Below are positions 52,236 through 63,969 of a DNA stretch of 64,000 nucleotides, in pieces; positions within the stretch are counted from its first letter, which is position 1; each line of letters starts with the position of its first letter. The stretch spans positions 806,001 through 870,000 of the forward strand of contig OZ237740.1 of the NCBI GenBank assembly GCA_965178125.1, given 5' to 3'. Position numbers and translations under genes: made by a program. The notes beneath the pieces are model-generated. The model was not told the DNA's origin and made no database searches. It saw only the letters and a program-made list of their open reading frames with translations. Source of the DNA: Bilabrum cf. latius (taxonomy: Eukaryota).

Positions 52236-52881
52236 TCATTCGCCGAGCAGGTCGAAATCGTCGAGCTTGTCGTTGTACTTTTGCACGGTCCTCTTGATCT
52301 TCGACGTGTCCACCCATGTCACGTAATCCTCAAGAAGCCGAGTAACCATGTACGCAGGATCGGTCACCACCTCTGGCCCGACGCGCACGTGACCACCCTC
52401 AATAAGCGTGACAGCAGCTTTCATGTTCTCAGCCATCTTGAGCCGAACCAATACGGTGGACAGCCGTCGCCGGCAGAAGGCCGATACGCTTACTTTGTCA
52501 GCTTTCGACAGACTCTTCGTCTAATCAACTAGACCCATTGTGTACAATTTGTCCAGAAGTGCGTCAGTGGTTTGGATCCTGAACTTGCTGTCTGCATTCA
52601 GTTTTCGCAGTTTTCGCGATATTCTGGTCACAAGTCCAACCAACTTGTTGTACCTGCGTAAATGGCAAGATTATGGTTGTCGGATTAAGATGAGCACGAT
52701 TGTATTTTATTATTTACACCCCAGGCGCCATAATTCCTCACTTTACATAATCTTCCCTGTCTTGGATGAGATACCGCCTTAGTACCTGTACCTCCCGCAG
52801 ATTCTTGTCACTTTTCCATTGGAAGAAATCAACCTTCTTTAACAAGCGCTTCTCATGGTGTTTTAGCTTTCGGCTTGCCAT
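52236..52881 (-). CDS. IMP3: U3 snoRNP protein IMP3
   Basis: [20 protein letters not shown]...[19 protein letters not shown]...SAFCRRRL...[19 protein letters not shown]...DDFDLL. Intron 52654-52741. In-frame TAG at 52521-52523 (GLVD-TAG-TKSL). Stop TGA. Confidence 0.95.
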
Positions 52882-53218
52882 TGCAAGCCTGTTTGTGTGG
52901 CTCTTGCAGCTGTACTCCGCGATGGCAGCACAACTCGAAATCCGCACGTTACTTCGTGCTCGACGCCTTGTGGCCGGATGCTCGGGCGGCTACTAGGTTG
53001 CAGAGCAAATGAGAAGCGCTTCTATCAAACAAATTTAGTTTGTGTTACGGGTAGACCGTGGCTGTGCAGGTCCATGTTCATCAAAGCACGTATGTACAAT
53101 GTCCCACCCACTACCTCGCGAACGGCACAGGGTGGCCTTGCAGGCCACCAACAAGCTAGCGTGGCTGGATGCCCGTGGATCATCCAGTTCACAGCAATTC
53201 ATCCGATTCCGCGGGTAC

Positions 53219-53794
53219 TCATTTCTTGGCGTTCTTGTCCACGTAAAAATTCCTGGTTGCCATCGGCAACTGCACCCGGATGCCATCCAGCGCCGTGGTC
53301 AAGAACACTTGGCAGCCTAATCGTGACGTTTCAGTAAGTCCAGGCGCCATATCAAGCATGTCATCCTCTTCCTCGCACGCTTCTGGCAGGCTATCGAACA
53401 CATCCTCATCCAGTATGACGTGGCACGTGCTGCACGCAATCGACCCTTCGCACGCACCTTCCATCTCAATTCCGTGTCTATGAGCAACCGATAGCAGATC
53501 TTGACCCTCTCTTGCTACAACATCGTGCTCTTTCCCGTCAGAGTATACAAAGGTTACCTTCACCGGAGGCTTGCTCGTATCCTCTGCAAAACAAGCCAAA
53601 GAGAGCGGTACCGGCGACCATCAAGAAATCACTGGCTGCATTGCGCTCATTAAAATTAGGATAAGCTTACCAGGACCATGACCGTGCCATCGCACTTGCT
53701 GCATGTGCAACGACAGCGCCGATTGCAAAGAGCTTCGCCATCTCAAAATATCTGTGGCTGCCGCCATCCGCCTACATCGCATGGCTGCCCGCAT
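53219..53794 (-). CDS. Mitochondrial-type [2Fe-2S] ferredoxin (adrenodoxin/Yah1 family)
   Basis: GACEGSIACSTCHV...EDDMLD...SRLGCQ. Arg/Ala-rich transit-like exon 1; intron 53584-53670; stop TGA. Several nearby ATGs could be the start. Confidence 0.93.
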
Positions 53795-53978
53795 TATAGT
53801 TCAATATGACCAAACAAAGCACCTCAAATTGGTATCAGCTATGGCAAGCCCAAGCTTGGACAAAAAAACGCCTGAATTTACAGTAGCGAAGATGAAGACA
53901 AGGATGCCGTCCGCTGGATTCATGAAGTTGACAGCTAGAACCGAAAAGACGAGCTCTAGCGAAGCTGGCAAAAGGGCA

Positions 53979-55068
53979 ATGGTAAAGTCGAACAGAGCTC
54001 TTCGATAGTTGGCGCATGCTGCCACCAAGCTTGGACCAAGGCGGATCATGCGCTTAAGTCCCGAGTTTGCGCCGCAGACTACCCAATGTGTAGCCGATAC
54101 GTTTGGACGAGCAGATTCAGAGGACCCATTTGCATGGTGAGACAGTAAAAAATGTTCTGCTGAGCTGAAGGGGGCTCTTGTCTTCGTGATGCAGGCGATT
54201 CACGGCAGGATGCACCATTGATGCTTGCGAGAATACTTCCGAACGCAGGTGCATGAACCTGAGAAAGCATCACTGGCATTCAATGGCGGGCATGTTTATA
54301 GACCGCGCGGCACTGGAGGCAGACCCATTATCCGTGATTTGCTACAACGAGTGAGACGCGTTGTTGGCGTCCGTTTGCTGGTGCGACGGCGACTTGTCTT
54401 GTGGCCCTCCTTCACGAGCGAGCCCTGGCGAATTTTGTCCGCCGGGCAAGATACTGGAGCTGGTACACATGGTCTCATTGCTTGTTTTGCGTTCGTTGCT
54501 TGGCGTGCACCCTCCTGCCCAGAGGCTGGCCTATTCTCGCCTCGTGTGCCACATGTTGACCGCCGCCAGCTTTGGTTGTCCCCTCCGGCGCAGCGAAACG
54601 GATACTGTGGAAGGAGTCATGATTAACGAGGACCTGAGGACGAACCCGCCGATCTAGTACAAGACGCTCCCATCCGACTGGAGCCCGGTGCGAGCCATCT
54701 TCAACCGTGCTAGGATGCGGTTCCTTGCGAATCACAACGGCTACATCGAGCCAGGCATGGTGATGCACACCCTGTATTTCACCTGCGTGCGACCGGAAGC
54801 CAGGTAGCAGGGAGTGATGAAGGCCATGTGGGAGGAGACCGTGCGGGCAGCGGAGGAGCAGAATTTCCAGCGCATCGCGGCCACTGCTTCCTCTGGGCAG
54901 GTGAGGGGCGTGCTCGAGGACAACCTGGGTTTCTGGCCCGTGTCGGAGGTCTCATTCGACGAGTTTAAGTTCCAAGGGCAGCATATATTTAAGGAGATCA
55001 CCGAGCGGGATCCAGAGCATGCTCGCCTGGTGATGCTCGAGCGCAAGGTGAACAGCAACATGTACTGA
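53979..55068 (+). CDS. GNAT-family N-acetyltransferase
   Basis: With introns 54137-54248 (alternative acceptor 54194) and 54351-54593 the frame reads DPFAW/CMNL...ICYND/ETDTVEGVMINEDL...YFTCVRPEAR(TAG)QGVMKAMW...LGFWPV. In-frame TAG at 54006, 54655 and 54805; stop TGA. The start could instead be ATG 53841. Confidence 0.7.
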
Positions 55069-55295
55069 GGACGGTCAAGCAGCATCAGGTGCATCTTGCA
55101 AGAACGGGGCGCCTCGCTGCCCCGCTTGGAAAGCATCGTTCGAGCAGTTTGAACGTGTTGCGAAATCAGAATCTATGCGCCGGATGTGCATGTCCTCGCT
55201 TGTTTGCCACCACTGGCCGACCAGCCGATCCAGTTGCGTGCAAATAGAAAGTTCGAATCGCGAAGCTTGGACCGCACCATTGCTTCGCACACAGG

Positions 55296-58200
55296 ATGTC
55301 CAACACCGTATTTGGCGCAGCTGCCGACAACGATGTTGCGAGGCTGCAGGAGCTCTTGGGGTCTGACTCTTTTCGCGATTGTCCTGATCGGTCTGGGTGC
55401 ACGCCTTTGCATATCTCCGGTAAGCGCCGTGCTGCAACTGCCTGTTGTTTCGGCCAATTGGCGACGGGTACGCGACCACACCCGCACCCTGCAGCCAAGA
55501 TGAATTCCTTGAATATGCTGTACGCGCGCATTCACTCTGGTATTCATAGTTTAGCATGTGGACTCTGATACCGCAGCAACCTACGGTGCGCGAGAGGCGG
55601 CGGAAGCACTCGTAGCCATGGGCGCCTGCGTGAACGCTGCTGACTTGGAAAACTTGTGGACTCCAATGCATCGCGCTGTTTACTTTGGCTGCTATGGTGT
55701 GGCCGCGATGTTGGCATTCAAAGGGGCGAAGACGTCACTGCCGGACAAGGATGGTGTATCGCCGGAGGCATTGCTGACCAGGCGTTGCACACATTATTTG
55801 GACGCCGTTCGAGTGAGAGGTATACGGCGTATGCTCGCCCGGGTGTCACCGTACGGCTTGGAGGGTGCCGAGCTGCGAGAATCGCGATGGCTGCCTGCTG
55901 CACTTGCTGGCGTAGATTTCTGCGATCACCCTGCGTTGCGAGCCCTCAAAATGAGAATACGCCGCCCAGGCTATGACTGTTCTGCTCCAGCCGTACCGGG
56001 TGGAGACCTCGTAGACAGCCAGACTTTGACACGTAATCGGTTGCGGCGCGGCTCGGCGGCCTCTAGCCGCAGCCGATTCTCCTCCGCAGCTCTCTCTGGG
56101 ACGGGGCGTGCGCTTGGGCATGAGATCGGGCACCGAAGAGGAGCTGGTAGTCGTTCTGGTAGTGGAGGCGGCAGCCGGAAGGGGTCCGGTGCCGGCCGGC
56201 GCGAGTCGTTCGGGGAGGTCCTCTTAGGGGGTCAGGGCCGGTCTGGATCAGCGAGCGGGGTGTCTTCCGCTGGCGGGCGCGGGAGCTTCGACGCGCTACG
56301 AGCCGGGAGTGGTGCCGCAGAACCGTCTTGGCTGCTCGATGAGGACGGAGAGGGCGGGGGTCTGGCGGAGAAAGCCAAGAGGGCAGATGCGATCGGCAGG
56401 TCTTCCGATGAAACAGCGGGGTACAGCACCATGCTGCTGGCGTGGGGCAGGCACAATCTGCTTTCGATGTCCAGGGGAAACTCGCAATTCAAGCCTACCC
56501 TGCTTTCAGGGAGCAGCTTTGCGCTGCATGGCAGGCGGGTCGACTGCGTGTCTGCGGGCAGAGCGCACACTCTCGCTCTGTGCAGCGATGGCGCGGTGTT
56601 CGCCTGGGGCACAGGCAGCAGGGGCAGGCTAGGAACAGGGAACAAGAGGGACGCTCCAGCGCCGGTGGAGCTGAGGGACTTGCGACAGGCCAACGTGTTT
56701 GCCGTGTCGGCAGGCGGGGAGCACAGCCTGGCCCTATCCGGCAACGGAAGCGTGCTGGCATGGGGAGCCGACCAGTACGGGCAGCTGGGCCGGGGGGCTG
56801 GGGCGAGCCGGTCGGATCAGCTGGTGCCAAGACGGTTGTAGGGGACCATGCGAAAGGTCAAGTTTGCCTCGGTGTCCGCCGGAGAGCGCCACAGCCTGTT
56901 CGTGGCCGTGGACGGGAGGGCCTGGGCCGCCGGCGACAACGGGTCCAACCAGTGCGGGCCTTCCGACTTTGACACGGCAGCATCCTTGTAGAAGGGAGAC
57001 AGGTCAGCCAGCAGCAGGAAGAAGAGCAGGTCAGGGTCTGCGTCAGAAGCAACGAGTTGCTGCTTGGCACCGCGTAGGATCGACGAGACCATCCGGCTGC
57101 ATTCCACCGGCGGCCACAGGAGGCGTAACGAAGCGTTTGGTGCCTCTGTGGATCGTCCGGGTGAAGGCGCGGTGCAGGTGAGGCAGGCAGCTGCTGGTAA
57201 TGACCACACCGTGGTGCTCACGCACAAGGCAGAGGTGTGGGAGCTTGGATTTGGGCGGCCGCCACGCCGAGTGGTGCTCGACAAGCAGGCGGCCCGAGAC
57301 CATGACATCCGTAGGGCGTTTGAGTGGTTCCAACCCAGGCCAACGACCACTACGGAGCTGCTGGCCGATTCAGATCGCCGATCGGGGTTCAAGCGGACGC
57401 TGCGCCTCGGGGATACAATTGTGAGGAGGCAAGCCTCCGGGGCTGGCTCTGCCAGGCGGCAAACCAAGGGCAAGTCCAAGCACAGCAAGGGCAAGAAGGG
57501 GAGAGGCAGTGGCAGGGTGCCCGCCTCACCCGGTGCAGGCGCTTAGGGCAGTCCCCACCGGCGGGCCCAGGCGTCACCGCACATGACTGGCTCCCAAGCA
57601 GTATCACCTATCCCGCCCATGGCATTGCCAGCGGCTCGAGGCCAGTCAGTACCGAGCATGCAGAGCGGTCCTGTGAGCTCAGGTAGCGCCGCTGCTGCCG
57701 GCGCAGGGCCTGCATCCACGCTCGAGAGGTTTCTGAGCGGGTCAAGCGACGGGTGGCAGCGCAGCACGGGCGAGACAGCCATGGCACTGGCGGTGTGCGC
57801 CGGTAGGAAGCACTCTGCTGCGATCGACAGCGATGGCAGGGTCTGGACATGGGGAGCCCCTGGACCATGGCTTGGGCACGGCAGCGGCAAATCCAAGAAG
57901 AGGAGCGGTAAAAAGAAAGGAAGAGGCAGGGACCGGCCCCAGGATGGCGACTTAGGCGCTGTGGTTAAGTCCCTGTGGGCGCCCAGCGGCGTCGGTCAAG
58001 ACATGGCTGCATGTGCCGAGGACGCTGCAGCGGTCGCAGGGAGTACCAATGGGCCCATCTTGGCAAGGCGGATCTACCACCCTGCTATGGACAGCCGCAA
58101 TGTCGTGAGCGTCGCCGCGGGAGACACGCACACCGTGGCGGCTACAAGAGATGGCGTTGTCTTCGTGTGGGGCACGGGAGAGTCGGGCAGCCTCGGGCTG

Positions 58201-61200
58201 GGCACCGATATGCAGTTGGTTGGGCGGCCCACGAGGGTTCCCGGCGTTGTTCGCGTAGCTAGTGTTGCAGCTGGCCCGTCACACTCCATTGCGCTGACGG
58301 CGCTGTCAACCCCGTCCATCGTGCGACCGAAAGCCCCTACCTTACAGGAAATGGAGGCTGAGCGCGATGAGGTTCGTCGCGCGGTCAGGCATGTTCGCTT
58401 CGAGGAGCTCGCTGACACGTTTGGGATTGTTGCGGCAGAGGCGTGGCTGCAATAGGATCAGACAGCCGAAGAGGTGGCCGATCTAACTGGCCGTGGCGAT
58501 GCTTCCGAAACGAGCGCTGCTGCAGCTGGCGCACATGCCGATATCTAGCTGCCTGCTGGTGGTGCTCTAGAGCACGCTCTCCTGCAGGGGCTCGCCGGTG
58601 CAGTGGCAGGGCCTGCTGGGGTGGAATCGAAAGAGGATCGCTCGATGTTTAGAACTTCAGACTCCAGCGACGGCAGCTCAACAGACGAAGACCCCGACGT
58701 TTCAGCTGGACTAGACACCAGTATCGTGTCTCAGAGCGACGCCATCGAGACCAGTGATGCTGGTGCACCACAAGCGGCTCATAAGGCAGCGAGAACATGG
58801 TCAGCGCAAGTAGTTGGAGGCACGGCCATTCTGCGAGGCCCTGGCACGATATAGGCGGTTGCGTCCCTATCCTCCCTGGCTCAAGCTGCCGCTAGCAGGT
58901 GCGTAGGGCTGGAAGGCGCGGCGCCAGTCATGGCAATCGCCGAGCAGCTCGGCGCCTCACAGCTGGCCGCAGCATGTGGGGAGTACATTGCGCAAAATGC
59001 CGACTTTGTGCTGCTGTCATCCACCAGCTTAGCGCAGAAGGCGCGCGCGGCTCTAGCAGAAGACGGGAGCAGCTTGCTTGGCGGACGATGGACGTCTGAG
59101 GAGGAGCGAGAGTCCTTCAAGACACAGCGACGGTTGAAGCACGCTGAGATCCGAAGGAGATACAAGGCCATGGTATTGCAGGAGCAGGCGCTAGCATCCA
59201 CACCAGAAGGTCAGGCAGCCATGCTTGCAAAGCTGCACCCAGACTGGGAAGGCGGCGAGGACGGGCAGTGGGCCTGGGGCCGAAGCGGAGGTGGTGGTGT
59301 CCGGCCGGATGGTATCAGTGCCACGATAGGAACCGCCGCACCTTTCGGTCCCGGAGAGGATGAAGACGATCTTGGAGTCTCGAGTGGCGATGAGGCAGCT
59401 GGGTCGGGTTCAGCGAGCGCCGGCTAGGCCCCCCGCTTCGACCCGCTAGCCAGACCCCCCGATCCCCTGAAGGCCACGCAGCAGGACGAAATGGCTGCAA
59501 GAGTGCCCACCAGGACGGTGGATGGCACTCGGCCAGTGATGCTTCCTGCCCTAGGGCGAGTGTCCCAGTTCTTGGTTGGGCTGGAGGCCTCTGCACCGCC
59601 TGCTGTGCGGGCCGTGGTGGCTCGTGCTCTGCACCTGGACCGGTCTGCCACAGAGGAGCTCAGCCTGTACCAGCAAGATCACGCAGAGGCCCTAGCGAGG
59701 TCTCTGGAGGAGGCCAATGGAGGTGCTGCTGCTGGCACCAGCACGCGGTCGCAAGTGCTGGGGCAGCCAAGCGCAAGGTCGCAGGTGCTTTCATCGCTGC
59801 CGTCTGACGTCGCGTTCGACCTGATGCGGCTCGTTCGAAGGACCAAGGTCCTTCGTAGGCGGCTGTTGCGGTGGACGGAGAGTGCAGTTGTGGAGGCTGA
59901 ATCGCACGCGCTCCGCCAAAGTGGCCGAGCTGGGGCGGCCGACCTGCTGCAAGCACGAGCAGATTCCGCTGGGCTTGGTCGGAAGAGGACGGCCCGCAGC
60001 AGCAGCAAGGGCACTGGTACTGCCCAGGGGAGGAGCCTGGATGCAAAGCGCCGGTGGATGGTGCATTCAGAGCTGTGGATGCTGGCTCCAGTCATCCGCA
60101 GAGTGGACGCTGTGCTTCGAGCCCTGCTTCGCGAGGCTGGGGTGCAGACCAGCGATCTGGGTGGAGACCCAGCGGACGAGGACGACGCGGCGGATGCTGC
60201 GGGGCCTGTATTTGGGTCGAGAAGGGGGGGGCGGGGGTTGGCCGCGAGAGGTGCGCGCATCATGTTTGCCGAAGATGCGATGGAGCGCGCAGTACAGGCT
60301 GCGAACGACACGGCGGGGCACAGCGCTGGTCTGATTGCAAGAGCAATCTGGCACTCGGCTCGCGCCGTGGACGGGTTCGAGCGTCTGGGCACTCGAGGCC
60401 TTGGCGAGTGGGCGTTTGCAAGGCCTGACAAGAACGAGGACGAAAGCGGTGCTCAGTCGCGGGGTGCAGCTCGTCTGGTGGACCAGGACCTGGAGTCTGC
60501 CATTGGCATGAAGCAGCCCAGGCGGGTGGTTGGCTATGCCGCAGTGCGAGGAATGAGGGCGCTGAGATCGAAGGCTGCGCTGCGGCCAGAAGAGCTTCGC
60601 ACCGTTGCGAGCCCAGCGGCTGCATCGAGGGCGCAAGATGAATCCAGCCGAGCCGCAGCTTCGGATGCTTCTTGCGGCATTGCCACCCAGCCTGTTGTCA
60701 TACCTGCGACTGGCAGCGCAGCGGGCGGTAAGGCAGCCGGCAGTGCGGATCCTTCCAAGGTGTAGTTGGACAGGAGCAAGGCCCCCGCAGGGGTGCACCA
60801 TGGATCTCGATCTCAAGCTGCCGGGGCAGATTTGGAGCCCACACCGATCGCACCATCGCAGGCTGCGGCTTCCGCTGGCACGCCGAAGGCAGCAGCAGGC
60901 TCCGAGCCCAGCTCGAAGGCAGGAGCAGGCTCCGAGCCCAGCTCGAGGACCTCCAAGAAACGCAACAAGAGAAAGCGCGGCAAGAAGAGGAAAGTGTCCC
61001 ACGATGGCGGTGCCGGCGCCCTTGGCCAGCTCATGGATCCACTGCTGGGCAAAGGGAGCCTAGTCCACGCTCCTGCTCCTTCTCCTTCCCCTTCTCCTGC
61101 ACCATCGCCCCAAGGAAAACAGCGAGCGTCCATGGGAACAGCCGGCATCGATGCAATTCCCCGCAGCCCATTGCTGGCTGGCCATCCCCGGGGTGCGGCT

Positions 61201-62160
61201 GCAGACTCCAGCCTTGCAGCGCTTGCCCCCAAGTCCGCCATCGCGAAGGCCCCAGGTGCAGTGCCTGCCGCCTCGCCGCCCCCGCGACCGGCCGCCGGGC
61301 CCTCGGACCTTTTTAGCCTCATGGAGGCAGAAAAGCGCAGGTCCGAAGCCCAGAGGGAAGCAGACCTGGCTGCCGCGCGACTGGCCGCGATGGAGGACGC
61401 GAGAAAGCTAGCTGCAGAATAGGAGGAGAAGGCGCAGCGCGCGGCGCGCGGCTCAGCTTGGGGGGCTGCTGGGGGTGGCCGCGGCGGGTCTGGACCTCGG
61501 CCATTGGACGAGATCATGCAAGCCGAGAAGATTGCCTCACGGCACCGCGGTGGCCAGCGCGCAGGAGCCTCTCACGCTGGGCTTGGCAGCAGCATGAGCA
61601 AACCACCGGTGCCGGTGTCTTCGCCATGGGGTTCCCGCAAGGTGGTTGCAAGCCCCGTCTTGGCACCTTCACGACCGCCCCAAAGTACCAAGTGGGGCAC
61701 TACCACGAGAGGTGCCCGGCCCGTTGCAGTGACCGCCTCCATGCTGGGCGGCAGCGCAGCTCTAGGCAGGCAGGAGGAAGATACTGGTGGGCAGGTGGGG
61801 GCATCGGCAGGGGGCGTCTTCAGCCTGGAGGCACAGCTGGCTCAGGCCAAGAAGGAGCAGTCGCGGGAGGAGGAGGCCAGGCTGGCAGCGGCCAGGGAAC
61901 AGGCGCAGCTCGAGGCAGCACTGGCTGCTTCTATGCAGTCGGGAGACGTGGCCTACTAGCAGGCTGCTGGTGGCTCTCGCGGTGGATATCCTCCAAGGGG
62001 AGGTGGGAGCAAGGGTAGTAGGCGCGGCGGCGGGCGGGGTCGTGGCAGGGGAGCGGGTCGGGGTCGGGGAGGGGGAGGGGGCGGGCGTGGGAGGTCGGGC
62101 GGGAGAGGGCGCGGTGGAGGTGGAGGCCGGGGCAATGCGCGCGGTGGGCGGCGCCAGTGA
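55296..62160 (+). CDS. IBTK/Btb1-like ankyrin plus RCC1-repeat protein with a BACK-like helix, UIM-like motif and RGG tail
   Basis: Ankyrin motifs GCTPLHIS/AT and LWTPMHRAVYFG. RCC1 repeats VSAGRAHTLAL...VFAWGTGSRGRLG, VSAGGEHSLAL, VAAGDTHTVA. LGASQLAAACGEYIAQN; QLEAALAASMQ; RGG-rich end. Intron 55420-55576. In-frame TAG at 56839, 56989, 57544, 58453, 58852, 59425, 60763, 61420, 61957; stop TGA 62158-62160. Confidence 0.82.
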
Positions 62161-62327
62161 CGAAAGTAATACTCGCCAACGAAGTTAGCGCGAGCAAAAG
62201 GGGCTGCTGAGACCCCGTCCGTCCAAGCCATGATGGGTAGAAATGTTGATCCGGATGAAGCCCAAAAGATAGACATTGCAGGACACCTACAGTGGTGAAC
62301 GGAAATTCATTAGTGCTTGCAGATCAC

Positions 62328-63969
62328 TCACATGCCAGCGCCAGAGGCCGCGCCTCCGCCCGCCTTGCTAGTAAGAGGTCGCACTTCGACCGTCTTACCG
62401 CTCGTGATCTTGCCCCAGCCGATGAGCCTCCAATGCTTGTCAACTTGCCTGCTCAGGGCGATCTTGTCCCCGGGCTCTGCGCACACTGGCAGCGTTAATG
62501 TCAGGGTGGCGATGTCACCCCTGACCTTGCCAACCCTGCCCGTGGTGCTCTTGGACCCGACATTGACCATGAGGCTCTCCTTCCTCTCCAGCTTGCGGAT
62601 CTTCTGGTCCGTGCCCTCACCGGCGCGCACTCCCAGCAATCGTCGCAGCAGGTGGTACTGCACCTGAATTTCCTCGTAAACCATGGGCAGGTTGCCCCTG
62701 TGCCCCAGGACGTGGCCCACAAGCCTATCTGCCCGGGTGAGGGTGGGGTCAATGCTGGTTCCCACTCCGATGAGGCCGCCCGGCACGGCGTACTGCAGCT
62801 TGTTGGTCTCCGCCTTGAGATCCGTGACGGTGCTAAAAATCGGGGAGCACACGTTCTGCTTGGTGGCGGGGTCCCTTCGCACCAGCCCGGGGAGGATCTC
62901 GATCTCGTCGCCCAGCTTGAGGACCCCCCTGAGGATGGACCCTCCCGCCACGCCTCCCTCCATGTCTTCGATCTTGTGCCCCGGTCTGTTCACGTCGAAG
63001 GATCGAATGACGATCATCCTGGGGCTGTTGGTGAAGTCTCTCACGGGGAGAGGAACCTTCCTCGCGAGGTACTCGCAGACCAGGTCCACGTTGTACCCTA
63101 GCTGGGCCGAGACGGGCAGGATGGGGGCGTTCTCGGCCACACCTCCGTCCAAAAAGGCCTTGATCTGCTGGTACTGCTCCTTGGCCTGGTCTCGGCTGAC
63201 GATATCGACCTTGTTCTGCAGCACGATGATCTTGTCCAGCTGCATGATCTCCACCGCTGCCAGGTGCTCTTGGGTCTGGGGCTATGGGCAAGGCTCGTTG
63301 GCAGCGATGAGCAGGATGGCGGCGTCCATCACGGCTGCTCCGTTCAGCATGGTTGCCATGAGAATGTCGTGGCCCGGGCAATCGACAAAGGAAATGTGCC
63401 GCACCAGCTGCATGGTTCTGCCCGTGCCGTCTTCCATGGGATACTCATCAGGGGAATTACTTCGACCAGAGGCGTAGACGTACGGCGGTGCGCTCGACCT
63501 GTAAATCTTCGCATTAGCGTAGCCAAGCTTGATAGTAATGTTCTGAGCCAACTCATCCTTGAACTTCACGGTCTTCACACCCGACAGAGCCTTCACAGTG
63601 GTGCTCTTGCCGTGCGCTACGTGACCTACGGTTCCGATGTTGATGGTTGCCTATCTCGAGATGATCTCGGGGGTCAGTGGTGTGAGAGATTCGACCTTGA
63701 GCCCCTCCAATGACTGCTCTTTCATGCCCTGCAGGAGATCAAATGGGAGGCAACAAGGGTGCGAGAAACAAGACTTGAACCGGTGCAGTTCTGCCAGAAC
63801 GAGGGACAGGGACAGTACTGGGAGCCTAGGCCAAAGCATAGCAACCCATGCCATTGCTTACCTCTCCAGTAGGCATCGGGGGCCCCTTTGCAGACCAAGG
63901 GTGAAGTTTCTCCGCGTCAAAGTCGGGTGCACGAACACCTCCTGCCCCACTGGCGGCCCCACTGCCCAT
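62328..63969 (-). CDS. EIF2S3: Eukaryotic translation initiation factor 2 gamma subunit
   Basis: ISR(TAG)[21 protein letters not shown]...[13 protein letters not shown]...[20 protein letters not shown]...ANEPCP(TAG)[13 protein letters not shown]...QNKVD...HWRLIGWG. Exons 63862-63969 and 62328-63728; stop TGA. Confidence 0.98.

Noticed and set aside
53801-54049. Hydrophobic 82-aa minus-strand ORF as a membrane protein
   Set aside because: It overlaps the 5' region of the plus-strand GNAT gene and has no family motif.
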